Source: the human T2T-CHM13v2.0 reference genome, Homo sapiens
Direction of reading: 5' to 3'
NCBI GenBank assembly: GCA_009914755.4
Contig: CP086569.2
Coordinates: forward strand, 7,648,001 to 7,712,000
DNA: 64,000 bases
Shown: positions 1 through 11,547 of the stretch, piece after piece
Position numbering within the stretch: position 1 is the first letter of the stretch
Layout of the letters: every line of letters starts with the position of its first letter
Position numbers and translations under genes: made by a program
The notes under the pieces: generated by a model
Seen by the model: the letters and a program-made list of their open reading frames with translations, nothing else
Database searches by the model: none
What the model was told of the DNA's origin: nothing

Positions 1-950
1 ACATGTCAGCAGGTTCTGTGATGTCCCCTGAGCCATAAAACCAGCAAGTTTTTATTACTGATTTTCAAAAGGGGAGAGAGTGTATGACTAGGGTGTTGGT
101 CACAGAGATCATGTGCTTCACAACATAATGGAGTATCACAAGACAAATGGAGGCAGGGTGATATCACAGGACCACAGGACCAGGGCAAAATTAAAATTGC
201 TAAAGAAGTTTCAGGCATGCATTGTCATTGATAATATCTTATCGGAGACAGGGTTTGAGAGCAGACAACCGGTCTGAACAAAAATTTATTAGGTGGAATT
301 TCCTCATCCTAATAAGCCTGGGAGTGCTATGGGAGAATAGGGCTTAGTTCATCTCTACAGCTCGACCATAAAAGACAGCCGCCCCCTGAAGTGGTCATTT
401 TAGAGGCCTACATTCAAGGATGCTTTCTCTTTTTCAGGGATGTTCCTTGCTGAGAGAAATAATTCAGCGATATTTCTTCCATTTGCTTTTGAAAGAAGAG
501 AAATATGTCTCTGTTCTGCCCAGCTCACTGGCGGTCAGAGTTTGAGGTTATCTCTCTTGTTGCCTGAACATTGCTATTATCCTGTTCTTTTTTCAAGTTG
601 TCTAGATTTCATATTATTCAAACACATTTGCTCTACAAACAATTTGTGCAGTTAATGCAATCATCACAGGGTCCTGAAGTGACATACATCCTCCTCAGCT
701 TACAGAGATGATGAGATTAAGTGATTAAAGACAGGCACAGGAAATCACAAGGGTATTGATTGGGGAAGTGATAAGTGTCCATGAAATCTTCATAATTTCT
801 GTTCAGAGATTGCAGTAAAGACAGGCATAAGAAATTACAAAAGTATTATTTTGGGGAACTAATAAATGTCCACAAAATCTTCACAATTTATGTTCTTCTG
901 CCATGGTTTCAGCTGGTCCCTCCATTCAGGGTTCCTGACTTCCCACAACA
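1..950 (-). repeat. ERV 3' LTR (truncated by window edge)
   Basis: Homologous to 5828-6818 and alignable from position 1. It diverges from that copy after ...cccacaaca near 950, adjacent to the env end. Confidence 0.75.
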
Positions 951-1060
951 TCTCTCCCTTTCTTTTTATATAAATTTACCATGGTGATGAAGACTTGTTT
1001 GTTCTTTCAATTTTGATGCAGGATTCTTTGACGGGTCCAGCACTCTAAAAACAAGCCAAT

Positions 1061-1594
1061 TTAACAGACAAACATAATTCCAAAATTTGCTACAGTGGAG
1101 CCCCCAGTACACTTAATCCAAGTCATGAGGTTTAGTCCATAAAGATTTTCTGCCAGCTGATCTAATGCCTCAGCTCCAGGCACAATGTATAAGGTAGCTT
1201 GAGAGCCTTCAAAAATTTGTTTCTCTAATTTAGTTATGTCCAATGTTAAATTATCTCCCCTTAACAGAAGGTGTCCTTTGAATAATTCCCATGAATGATC
1301 AGTGTCTTTATGGGAATACGGGGTTATACAGAAATCCGAAGTATTCCAATCACACTGCATTTGCATGTGATGTTCAAGACTCACCACCCAATCTCCAAAC
1401 CAAATAACAGACTGTCTTAAATCATTAATTTGATTTGCCAATTTTTGATTGATGCCTTGTTGAGAATTCCACATTTGGGTGGAATTGTCTTGCCAATCAT
1501 TAACAAAATGAGCAGTTTGAATGGATTGGTGTAATGCCATTACAGCAGTGGTGGTCATTGCAGTGACTGTAATTAGGCCTGTGATATCCATCAT
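1061..1594 (-). pseudogene. env transmembrane-subunit remnant (HERV-K-like)
   Basis: The 177-aa ORF contains ...FVNDWQ.NST..WNSQ..I.QKLANQINDLRQ.VIW.GD...SLEH..Q.QCDWNTSDFCITP...DNLTLDI.KL..QIFE..., matching the HERV-K Env TM ectodomain as I recall it (~55-60% identity). Upstream SU-encoding sequence (1595-2700) is degenerate. Confidence 0.8.
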
Positions 1595-3241
1595 TAAAGT
1601 GACAACAAATCTCTTAGATCTTTTTTAGAATTCGCTGTAGCACTTCATTAATTAAGGGTATTGAGGGGGAAGATTCCCAAGGTCTGGGAAAAGTTACCAA
1701 AATCCAGATTCCTTCTCAAGTTTGAATAAACATTACACTTTTCCTGGAGTCAAAATGGGAGTTAATACAAGTGTGTAAATAACAATTAATGCATTGGACA
1801 GTTTGATTGTTCATCCAAATTTTGATGTTTCCCACTAACAGCACGTAAGGAGGCTTAACACAACTCTGTATGGGAACAGTCAAGTTGGAGGTAAGTAAAG
1901 CAGAATGTCTGGATCTACATTGATACTGAGAGAGTGGGATGGTAGTGGGGACAAAAGACAGAATAGTTTTCCCTTACTCGCAGTCCAGACATGGCAATAG
2001 CCAATTTCCAAAGTTCTGGGTGTTCTGGGCTCAGAATGGGGAGTATCATAGGAGGCCTGGCTTGGGGGAGGTGATAATGCCTATATCTTCCCATTTTAAG
2101 GGAAAGAATGAGCTGAACCTCCTATGCAAAGTAGAATGATGATTCTCGTTCTCCCCTTAAGAAATAAATAATGCCTCCAGGCATTCCCTTCCACCAGAGG
2201 AGCAATTGTTTTGTAAATAGCCCTTTGATGCCCAGTCTATTACAAAACTATATGAGTCATTTTTCAATATTACTGCATGTGATTTAACACAATCTTCCCA
2301 AATTAAAGTTTTAGATGGGCCCTCAAAATTTTTAGAGCATGGTTTTCCTGCAGGTTTATATTGAAAATATGGGGTATTTCCCATTACTCCCCCTTTCATT
2401 TATTTTAAAGGAGAAATGGAGAGGCTGGAGATGAAATGTCCCAGTTTCTCTGTAGCTGATCTTTCCAGAAGATAAGCAGCCCAGACTTGAGTTTCTAGAC
2501 AGGTACAACCAGGTGCTTGTCTGAGGCACAGAGTGGGGTATTTGTAACCTATGGTAACATTAAATTCATTGCCTTCTCCTGGCTGAGCAGGACAATGGTC
2601 ACCTGTAGCTCCAGGCATCCACACACTATTGTTAGTGTAGATTTCTGCAGGAGCATCAATCCAAGTGAGAGGCCGAATCCAGGAAGAAAAGGCACATAAG
2701 CCCAGTAAGAATAATTATGTGTAGCAGGTAAATCAGTGTGAGAAGAAACTGGTGAGACAGAAAGTATAAGGAGGAGAATCATTAAATAAAACTTATTGTA
2801 AGTGAGATCGAATGTTGAAGGAGGAAGAGAACAGAGGGATGTTATTTTCAGGCTAATAGAAATGGTGAGATTTTTAGGTTTGTAAGGAGAAAAAGAAAGG
2901 TAATCAGAAGTAGGATTAGTTAGATGGTTATCCATCGCCCTCAGGGAGGAATGAATCAGACCCACTGTGATTTTGTGTTCCTGCTTCTGAGGAGTTGGCA
3001 CAGATCTCACCACTTCTGAGGGCAGTCTCTGACACAGACATCTTTTCTCTGTGGTTTTTGTTTCATGATCTCCTGGTGAAACACAAGCATATCCTCTTTC
3101 CCATGTTAAGTAGAATTGGAGACAATATTTAAAGGTTTGGGGAAATCCTGTAAGGTAGTAATGACAACAATTAACTCTGCCTTTTGAACAGAGGTATAAG
3201 AGGTAGAAATAAGTTTGTCTGTAGGTCTTAAATAATTAACG

Positions 3242-3808
3242 TTACCCCAGTTTTTGGAAGTCATTTAAAGTTTTGAAAGAATCTCTACTAATTTGAAGTT
3301 TTTGAGGTTGAATACTTTGTTTACCGACCACCATTCCTAAATATTGAACAGGAGTGGTCTCTTGAATTTTATCCTGAGTGATGTGTAATCCAGCTCCTGC
3401 AACACAGTGGCTGAAAATTTGATAACAGTCAATTATTTGTTTATCAGTGGGGGCAGCAATTAAAGTATCATCCATACAATGAAGAATATAGGCCTTGGGA
3501 AATTGGGCTCAAACTGGTGAAAGCACTTGTCCAACATAAAGCTGGCAGATTTTAGGGCTATTCAGCATTCCCTGAGGAAGTACTTTCCATTAATAATGAG
3601 TTGCAGGCTCTTGATTATTGATAGATGTTACAGTAAAAGCAAATTTTTCACAATCCGATTTATGTAAAGCAATATGAAATAAACAATCTTTAAGATGAAT
3701 AACTATGAGAGGCCAATTTTTAGGTATTAAAGCTGGGGCAGGCATGCTGGGTTGGATGGCCCCCATAGGTTTAATTACAGCATTAATGGCCCTTAAATCT
3801 GTTACCAT
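3242..3808 (-). pseudogene. pol reverse-transcriptase remnant (two ORF pieces, 3242-3475 and 3590-3808)
   Basis: [33 protein letters not shown]...D.EKFAFT and MDD.L.A.......YQ........AGL.I...K.Q...P.QYLG resemble HERV-K RT motifs. Frameshifts and stops are present. Confidence 0.7.
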
Positions 3809-5289
3809 TCACCATTTGCCTGATTTCTTTTTTACTAGAAACAGGAGAATTCCAGGGGGAAAGACAAGGTTCCACATTCCTAAGTTGTAACTGTTCGGAA
3901 ACCAATTGAGTTAAAGCCTCCAGTTTTTCTTTAGAAAATGGTCACTGCTGAATCTAGATGTGTGTGTCAGATTTCCACTGTAAAGGGATAGGATCAGGAG
4001 GCGTGGCAGCAGCCACCACTAAAAAGGATAACCTAAACCAGCCCTGTTTTCTATTATAGTAACTGGGAGGGGTTTAGTAACCCCTTCATGGTTTGGACTG
4101 AGACTGAGTCCAGGAACAAACCCCATGTTCTCCATCATATGCTGACTGGGAGCAATAGAAGAGTTATGTGGAATATTAATTTCAGCCTCAATATTTACTA
4201 GGCCCTCAAACTTCATTCCTTGAATGTGTATGGTGCAGGTGGGCCATTGTTTAGAAATTATATTAATCCAATAAGCAGCTTTTCACTGCCAGAGCCCATC
4301 CCAGGGCCACCTGTCTTATCTCCTTTGTTAAAAATGATATTAGGTAGTAAAAGTAATTGAGCTTGTTTAACAGTAGTAAAAGAAACAGGAGCTTCACCTG
4401 GGGCACGCAACTTATCCTAAGCTCTCGTAAACACCTTTGTTACTTGTTTAGCAGTAAGAGCATCAAAGTTTAATTGGGCATAAGTATCAAAGAAACTATC
4501 CGAGCCTGTGAGCTGAGCCTGAGTAGTTAGAATGTCATTGGTCTGATTTAGCTGAGCCTGTAGATGGGCCTCCTCTGCCCACTAGGCTGAGACAGAGTTA
4601 GAACAGCTTTTTGCCAAAAGGCCACAGTCTAAAGGAAGCAAAATGACCTAAGTACAAAAAGTTTGAAATACCATTTTAACATAAGGAAAATTAGGACCAT
4701 ATTGAGTACAAGCATCCTTAAACTTTTTAAAAAAGTAAGATTGAGCGGGGCATATTGACACAGGCCAGTTGAGGAACCAAAATAACAGGAGGGTGAGGGG
4801 CTACAGTGGATGGGGGAGGGCCTGGAGAATTATAGGTAAATTGTAGTTTGGCCCTGGAGCCATTAGCTTATACTGGAGGTGTGAAGAGAGAAGAATTAGC
4901 ATATCAATGGTCCTGGGCTGTGTGAATCACATCCGTGGGAGCTTCAAGTATTGGTTCTTTGTGAAAAGAAGTAAGATAAGTAGGGGGTAACATTAAGCCA
5001 AAGTTACCAGACTTAGACATTGAATTGTCAGCATGTTGGGGAGGAGTAGCCAAAGGGAGAAGCTGATCAGATAACAAAGGCTGTGTGGGAGAGGAAGGCT
5101 GAGGAAATGTCAGAGAAACTGAGGAAAAGGCAGAAAACTGTGGCAACTGCAGGGGATCATGAGATCGGCAAGCCACTAAGATGACATGCACCAAGGCTAA
5201 ACAACCCCAAACAGTGATAGGAACATAACTTCCTTCTGGGACCAGCTCCCAGAATGCTATACCAACACAATCTCATATTTCTACATATA

Positions 5290-5515
5290 CGGTTCCTTTT
5301 TCAGGAAACCAAGGACAGAATTTTTCCACCACCCTGAATAGAGTGACCATATTTTCCATGGTTACTCAGATCCTTCCCTGTTTCAACAGGTCTACGTCTA
5401 AGGGTCCTTTTTCAGGAGACCAAGGACAGAATTTTACCACTGCCCTGAATGCAGTGATCATATTTTCCATGGGCACTCGAAACCTTTTCTGTTTCAACCA
5501 GAGTTTAATATAGAA
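5290..5515. repeat. ~112-bp x2 tandem duplication inside the ERV leader/gag N-terminus
   Basis: Copy 1 is 5290-5402 and copy 2 is 5402-5515, about 85% identical. Both encode the ...PMENMITAFRAVVKFCPW... segment on the minus strand. Confidence 0.8.
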
Positions 5516-5551
5516 GAGATAGGTATAATGTTTATACTCAATGTGACCCAC
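5366..5551 (-). pseudogene. gag N-terminal fragment
   Basis: MG...K.......IKL.LK.....V.....I.AF.AVVKFCPWSPEKGPLD..LLKQ resembles the betaretroviral Gag N-terminus (HERV-K: ...IIEQFCPWFPEQGTLDLKDW). It lies just inside the 5' LTR, as expected. Confidence 0.55.
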
Positions 5552-5827
5552 AGTTATCCCAGACCATACACAGACTATTCACCACTCATCAGGGAGTCGA
5601 ACACGCATATCTGTGGACCAAACTGATGATGTTTCTCTGCACCTAGCAAAAGGAATCGGGTTCCCTCATGTACTTAGGAAAAGAGAAAGAGAACGTGGCC
5701 TCCAGATATTGAGTGAAATTCACCCCCAATATTTCATGTAAGTTATTTTCTATATTCCCTAAGAGTTGGCCAGTCTGAGAAATAAAGGGACAGAGTACAA
5801 AAGAGATAAATTTTAAAGCTGGGTGTC

Positions 5828-6818
5828 CAGGGGAGACATCAAATTTTGGCAGGTTCCGTGATGACCCTGAGCCACAAAACCAGCAAGTTTTTATTAGTGA
5901 TTTTCAAAAGAGATGACAGTGTATGAATAGGGTGTGGGTCACAGAGATCACATGCTTCACAAGGTAATAGAATATCACAAGGCAAATGGAGGCAGGGTGA
6001 GATCACAGGACCACAGAACCAGGGTGAAATTAAAGTTGCTAATGAATTTTTGGGCATGCATTGTCATTGATAACATCTTATCAGGAGACAGGGTTTGAGA
6101 GCAGACAACTGGTCTGACCAAAAATTTATTCGGTGGGAATTTCCTCATCCTAATAAGCCTGGGAGCACTGTGGGAGACTAGGGCTTATTTCATCCCTACA
6201 GCTCAATCATAAAAGACAGCTGCCCCCAAAGTGGCCATTTTAGAGGCCACTTTTTAACATAAGGAAACATAGACTCAGGGATGCATTCCTTTCTCAGGGA
6301 TGTTTTTTGCTGAGAAAAATAATCCATCAATATTTTTCCCATTTGCTTTTGAAAGAAGAGAAACATGTCCCTGTCCTGCCCGGCTCACTGGTGGTCAGAA
6401 GTTAAGATTATCTCTCTTGTTGCCTGAACATTGCTGTTATCCTGTTCTTTTTTCAAGTTGTCCAGATTTCTTATTGTTCAAACACACTTGCTCTGCAAAC
6501 AATTTGTGCAGTTAACGCAATCATCACAGGTTCCTGAGGCGACATATATCCTCCTCAGCTTACAGTGATGATGGGATTTAAGGGATTAAAGTAAAGACAG
6601 GCATAGGAAATCACAAGGGAATTGATTGGGAAAGTGATAAGTGTCCAGGAAATCTTCACAATTTCTCTTCAGAGACTGCAGTAAAGACAGGCATAAGAAA
6701 TTAAAAAAGTAGTAATTTTGGGGAACTAATAAATGTCCATAAAATCTTCACAATTTATGTTCTTCTGACATGGTTTCAGCTGGTCCCTCCATTTGGGGTT
6801 CCTGACTTTCCACAACAC
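5828..6818 (-). repeat. ERV 5' LTR (~990 bp)
   Basis: Direct repeat of 1-950. It contains the same 75-bp x2 internal tandem repeat (6585-6760 versus 700-890). It abuts a leader/gag N-terminus region on its left. Confidence 0.75.
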
Positions 6819-7534
6819 TGCCCCTTGTAATTACCAACACATTGGTAGTCTTTCTTTCAATGTAAATTATTAAAGCCACAGGTTCCATATTTTCTTAGAA
6901 TCACTTTTTAAATGAACCCTTCATGTCTTGATCTGGTAATATCTCTGCAGTAAAATGAAAAGATCAAGATGAAAAAAAACCTCACAAAATTTATCCCTCA
7001 TTAGACTTAGGTGAATACACTTTACAAATATATAATTAAACAAAACACACTAATGAGGTGACAATAAAATACAACAGACCCTAATTTCTTTATAGACATA
7101 TAAACTTAACAGGAATACAATGACCAAAATGCCTTTGTGAGAAGTCTAAGAACCAGTTAAGCATTGCAGCTCCCCAAGTGAGCAAAATGAGAACAACCAC
7201 ATTGAAGTGCAATAAAAGTGTTCCTTATTTATGCATGACAGTCATCATCATTCTATGATGACTTTAAATAGAGACTCCCAATTTCAGTCTCCACCCTCCA
7301 AAAATAAATAAAATAGTGGCACCTGGTCCATACTTCTGGCTTTTTGAAAACTTACCAAACAATAATTTTTATATTTTATGACAGTGTTGAAAAGAAAGGT
7401 GGTATACTTTAACAGTTTGGGACAGCTGAGATCAAAGGTAAGTGACTGTTACAAGAGAAGAAAGACTTCATTGTCACAGAGAGACAATAGATGTAGCAAA
7501 TGACTACAGGATCCCAATAAGAAATATGGAGAAT

Positions 7535-7812
7535 GCCAGGAGTGGTCACTTATGCCTGCAATATCAGTACTTTGGGAAGCTGAGGCAGGCAAATCACCTG
7601 AGGTGAGAAATTCAAGACAAGCCAGATTAACATGGTGAAACATTGTCTCTTTAAAAAATTCAAAAATTTGGCAGCCATCATGGCAGCTGCCTCTAATGTG
7701 AGCTGCTCAGGAGGCTGGGGCTGGAGAATCACCTGAACCTGGGTGGTGGAGGTTACTGTGAGTCAAGATTGAGCCATTGCACTGCAGACTGAGCAACAGG
7801 AATGAAACTCCA
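7535..7812 (+). mobile_element. Alu (older, AluJ/S-like)
   Basis: Left and right Alu monomer consensus are recognisable (…tgcctgcaatatcagtactttgggaagctgaggcagg… …gagccattgcactgcagactgagcaacagg…). The A-rich tail is expanded into a (GAAA)n repeat. Confidence 0.85.
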
Positions 7813-7834
7813 ATGAAAGAAAGAAAAGGAAGGA

Positions 7835-7886
<52 letters not shown>

Positions 7887-7893
7887 AAAAGAA
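7813..7893. repeat. (GAAA)n microsatellite, probably derived from the Alu tail
   Basis: About 18 GAAA units lie between two Alus. Confidence 0.9.
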
Positions 7894-7899
7894 AGAAAG

Positions 7900-8198
<299 letters not shown>

Positions 8199-8689
8199 AC
8201 ACCAACATGGGGAAACTTTTTAAGTTACAAAACACACAAGATCGGAGAAAACATTTATAGAAGAGTCTTAAGAGACTCAGATATCTCTAGTCTAAAATAT
8301 TGGTATCATATTCGCACAGAAAAAAAGCCACTTAAGATTTTAACATGTGGCTTTTTACTATACAAATTGCCATCTAAGATTACAACATATGGAAAACATC
8401 AAGATAATATGGATCAAGCAAAGACAAAAATGAATATACAGAACACAATTATTTAAAAAATGGAGATTTTAAAATTACTTATGACAATTTGAATTCAAGT
8501 CTGATCTATTTTCAAAAGAAAAAAATAAATTATCCTAAAATATCAATATTACCATCTCGAGGAGTAAAATGGAAATAAAGAAATCAAAATGGAATAACCA
8601 AAAGGAATTCACAAAAAATAAAAATCACAAAAAGTAATAAAAACTGTAGAGTAGAAGTACCAAAAAAACTAACAGGGACTTCAACGTTA

Positions 8690-9621
8690 GTAAAAAATGT
8701 AAGAAAATGAAGAAGCTCAGCAAATGACAACTAAGATTAACACAAAGATATTTCTAACAAGACACAACATAAGCAATGTTTTGAAATTGACAGACAAGAA
8801 GAGAATCTGGAATGCAAGAAGATAAAAGAGACATGTTATTTATATGCATGCTTCTGCAAAATTACCCGTAAATTTATGAACATAAATCATTTGGGCAAGA
8901 AGGGAGTAGGATGACATAGTTAAAACTCTGAAAAAAAAAAAAAAAAGTCTAAGCAAGAATATTATACCCAGCCAAAGTATCCTTTTTTATCCTTTGGGTA
9001 AAAAAGTCTAACTATATCATGATCTATATCAAGATCAAACTATGTCGTGTTTTCAAGAGACTCACTTCAGATCTAATAATAATAAAAATAATGAAAATGG
9101 CAGGATGAGAAATACATTCAAAGCAATGTTAACCAAATGAGAGGAAAAGAGGCAACAAGTTATTAAGTTGAAAACTCTCATATTTCATATAATTTACATC
9201 AAGGCAATATTTACAAGAGACAAAGTAAGACATTCAATTGTAATAAGAGGGTTCATTCACTAACAGCCTGTAAATATATGAAAGTTTTCTGAAATACATT
9301 AAGTAAACATTGACAGAATTGAAACCAAAATGGACAGCAATATAATAATGGAAGTGTAAATCAATATCTCACTTTTAGGAATAAATAAAGCAAGACAGAA
9401 TATCAATGAGGGAGGAAACAACTTGAATGTAATGTATAATAATTACACCTAACAAATATTTATAGAAAACAGAATACCCATTTTTTTTTCAATAGCTAAT
9501 AAAACATTTTCCTAGATGGACCATGAGCGACACCACAAAAGAAGAGCTAACATTTTTTTAAATTAAAATTTTACAATTATTTATAGACCAAATGGAATAA
9601 AACTAGAAATTCATAACAGAA
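8690..9621. other. Outer flank of the left arm of the inverted duplication (AT-rich, old L1-like sequence)
   Basis: The reverse complement of 8690-9621 aligns (~80%, with indels) to 61934-63484. One example is tgatttctagttttattccatttggtctataa versus tgatttctagtttcattccatttgggctataa. A weak L1 ORF2 N-terminal-like translation (..CFQETHF..ANVNQMRGKEATSY) at 8200-9620 suggests an ancient L1; confidence in that identification is low. Confidence 0.6.
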
Positions 9622-9954
9622 TTTTTTTTTTTTTTGAGATGGAGTATTGCTCTGTTCCTAGGCTGAATCAGCGGCACAAATTCAGCTAACTGCAACCTCC
9701 AACTCATGGGTTCAAGCAATTCATCGGCATCACCCTTTCAAGTAGCTGGGAATACAGGCCCACAAACCACCACTTGTCCCGAGTAGCTGACAATACAGTC
9801 ACACAAACAACCATAAAGTACATTTTTTTTTATTTTAGTAGAGACGGGATTTCACCATGTTGGCCAGGAGGATCTCAAAATCCTGAACTCTCCATGCACC
9901 CTCCTTAGCATTCCAAAGTGCTCAGCCTATAGGCATGAGCCACCACACCTGGCC
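9622..9954 (-). mobile_element. Alu (minus strand), orthologous/paralogous partner of the Alu at 61641-61933
   Basis: Poly-T at 9622 and reverse-complement Alu body to …ggtgtggtggctcatgcctataggc at 9954. It shares the non-consensus changes gagggtgcatgg and gcagttagc with the right-arm Alu. It carries an internal ~60 bp duplication. Confidence 0.85.
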
Positions 9955-10043
9955 AACAACATATTTTGGGCATGCTCTTTTTAAGGGTTGGAAGACATAA
10001 TATTTTGATGTGTCCATGCTGCTTAGTGTAACTCAGATATAAA

Positions 10044-10870
10044 ACACACCCCTTTTCAATTTTAAATTTGAGTTTTCAAAAATAGAAAAAAAAACCCCAC
10101 TAAATTATTTAAGATCTTAAGGGACCGTGAAAAACCTGACAAACTTTAAGAGAAGAAAAATATTAGAAGCATTACACATAACAATTTTCAAACACACACA
10201 CACAAATCTGCAGTAATCAAAGCACTTTGGTACTGGTATAAAGGTGGAATACCAAAGCAATGAAATAGAATGTAGCACAGGTGTATACTCCTGAATAGAG
10301 AGGAGAGACATGCCACCTGTATTTTACATTCAGCCGTTTGTCACATTCCCTTTATGACACAGGCAGGAGAGGAGAGCTACTTTACCTAGATGCTAGTTTC
10401 ATTGATATTTCAAAATGTTCTCTGGGGGCAGGGTACAGACAGGAAAGAAAAACCACCTACACATCCAGTTTCAATTTTAAATTTGAGTTTTTCAAAAATA
10501 GAAAAAAAAAACAAAAAAGTTATGTAAGATATTAAGGGACCATGAAAAGCCTGACAAAAAATATTAGAATCATTACACATAAAAATTTCCAAACACACAC
10601 ACACAAATCTGCAGTAATCAAAGCACTTTGGTACTGGTATAAAGGTAGAATACCAAAGTAATTAAATAGAATGTGGCACAGACATATACTCTTGAATAGA
10701 GAGGAGAGACAGCCACATGTCACATTTCCTTTGGGCTTAGGACACAGGCAGGAGAGGAGAGCTACATTACCTAGTTGCTAGTTTCAGTGATATTTCAAAA
10801 TGTTCTCTGGGAGCTGGGCACAGGAAGGAGAGAAAAACCACCTAGGGAAAGACCCAGATATATGTGATAA
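10044..10870. repeat. Left-arm-specific tandem duplication (~417 bp x2) spanning the unique-flank/satellite boundary
   Basis: Unit 1 at 10044-10460 and unit 2 at 10461-10870 are ~90% identical. Both include tttcaattttaaatttgagtttt…cagtaatcaaagcactttggtactggtataaagg… plus the first satellite monomers. Only one copy exists at the mirror position on the right (61190-61450). Confidence 0.85.
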
Positions 10871-11217
10871 TATCCTCTGTTTACTGCACCAGGCAGAAGA
10901 GGAACATTATTATGATTCTGACCTGGTGATATGTAACAGTGCACCCATGGAAAGCAATTTGAGGCAAAATGTCTCAACACCACTGTACTAGACCCTGTGA
11001 TATGACACAATCCCATCATCTTTGAGGATGACAGGTTTAACCTTTAGTTGAGAATGTATATTAGAGCCACAATCTCACATGTGTGCTCGACCAATACAGG
11101 ACACTATCAAAAACATCCAAGGGCTTTATAAAACCTGTATCAGAGTTTCAAACCTCTCTGAGGCCCAGGTGTTCATTGCCCTAAACCCAGTTATGACACT
11201 CAACATCTGTTCTATAG

Positions 11218-11547
<330 letters not shown>

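Larger units (their letters stand above)
1..6818 (-). mobile_element. HERV-K-like (betaretrovirus-like, class II ERV) provirus, internally deleted: 3' LTR (partial) / env-pol-gag remnants / 5' LTR
   Basis: Positions 1-950 and 5828-6818 are ~85-90% identical direct repeats, each with an internal ~75-bp x2 tandem repeat. Between them, minus-strand ORFs match retroviral env TM, pol RT and gag N-terminus (from memory of HERV-K proteins). The internal region is only ~4.9 kb, so most of gag, pro and pol is deleted. The HML subgroup cannot be assigned from sequence alone. Confidence 0.8.

Noticed and set aside
1061-1594. 177-aa minus-strand ORF as a possible intact retroviral env gene
   Set aside because: Only the TM ectodomain is open. 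The SU region upstream is broken by stops and frameshifts, and no signal peptide or start context is present. Treated as a remnant, though a syncytin-like domesticated fragment cannot be completely excluded without expression data.
6819-7534. Unannotated ~700 bp between the ERV 5' LTR and the first Alu
   Set aside because: I could not recognise any repeat family, ORF or RNA structure. It may be unique flanking DNA or an old degraded repeat, and there is no basis for a call.
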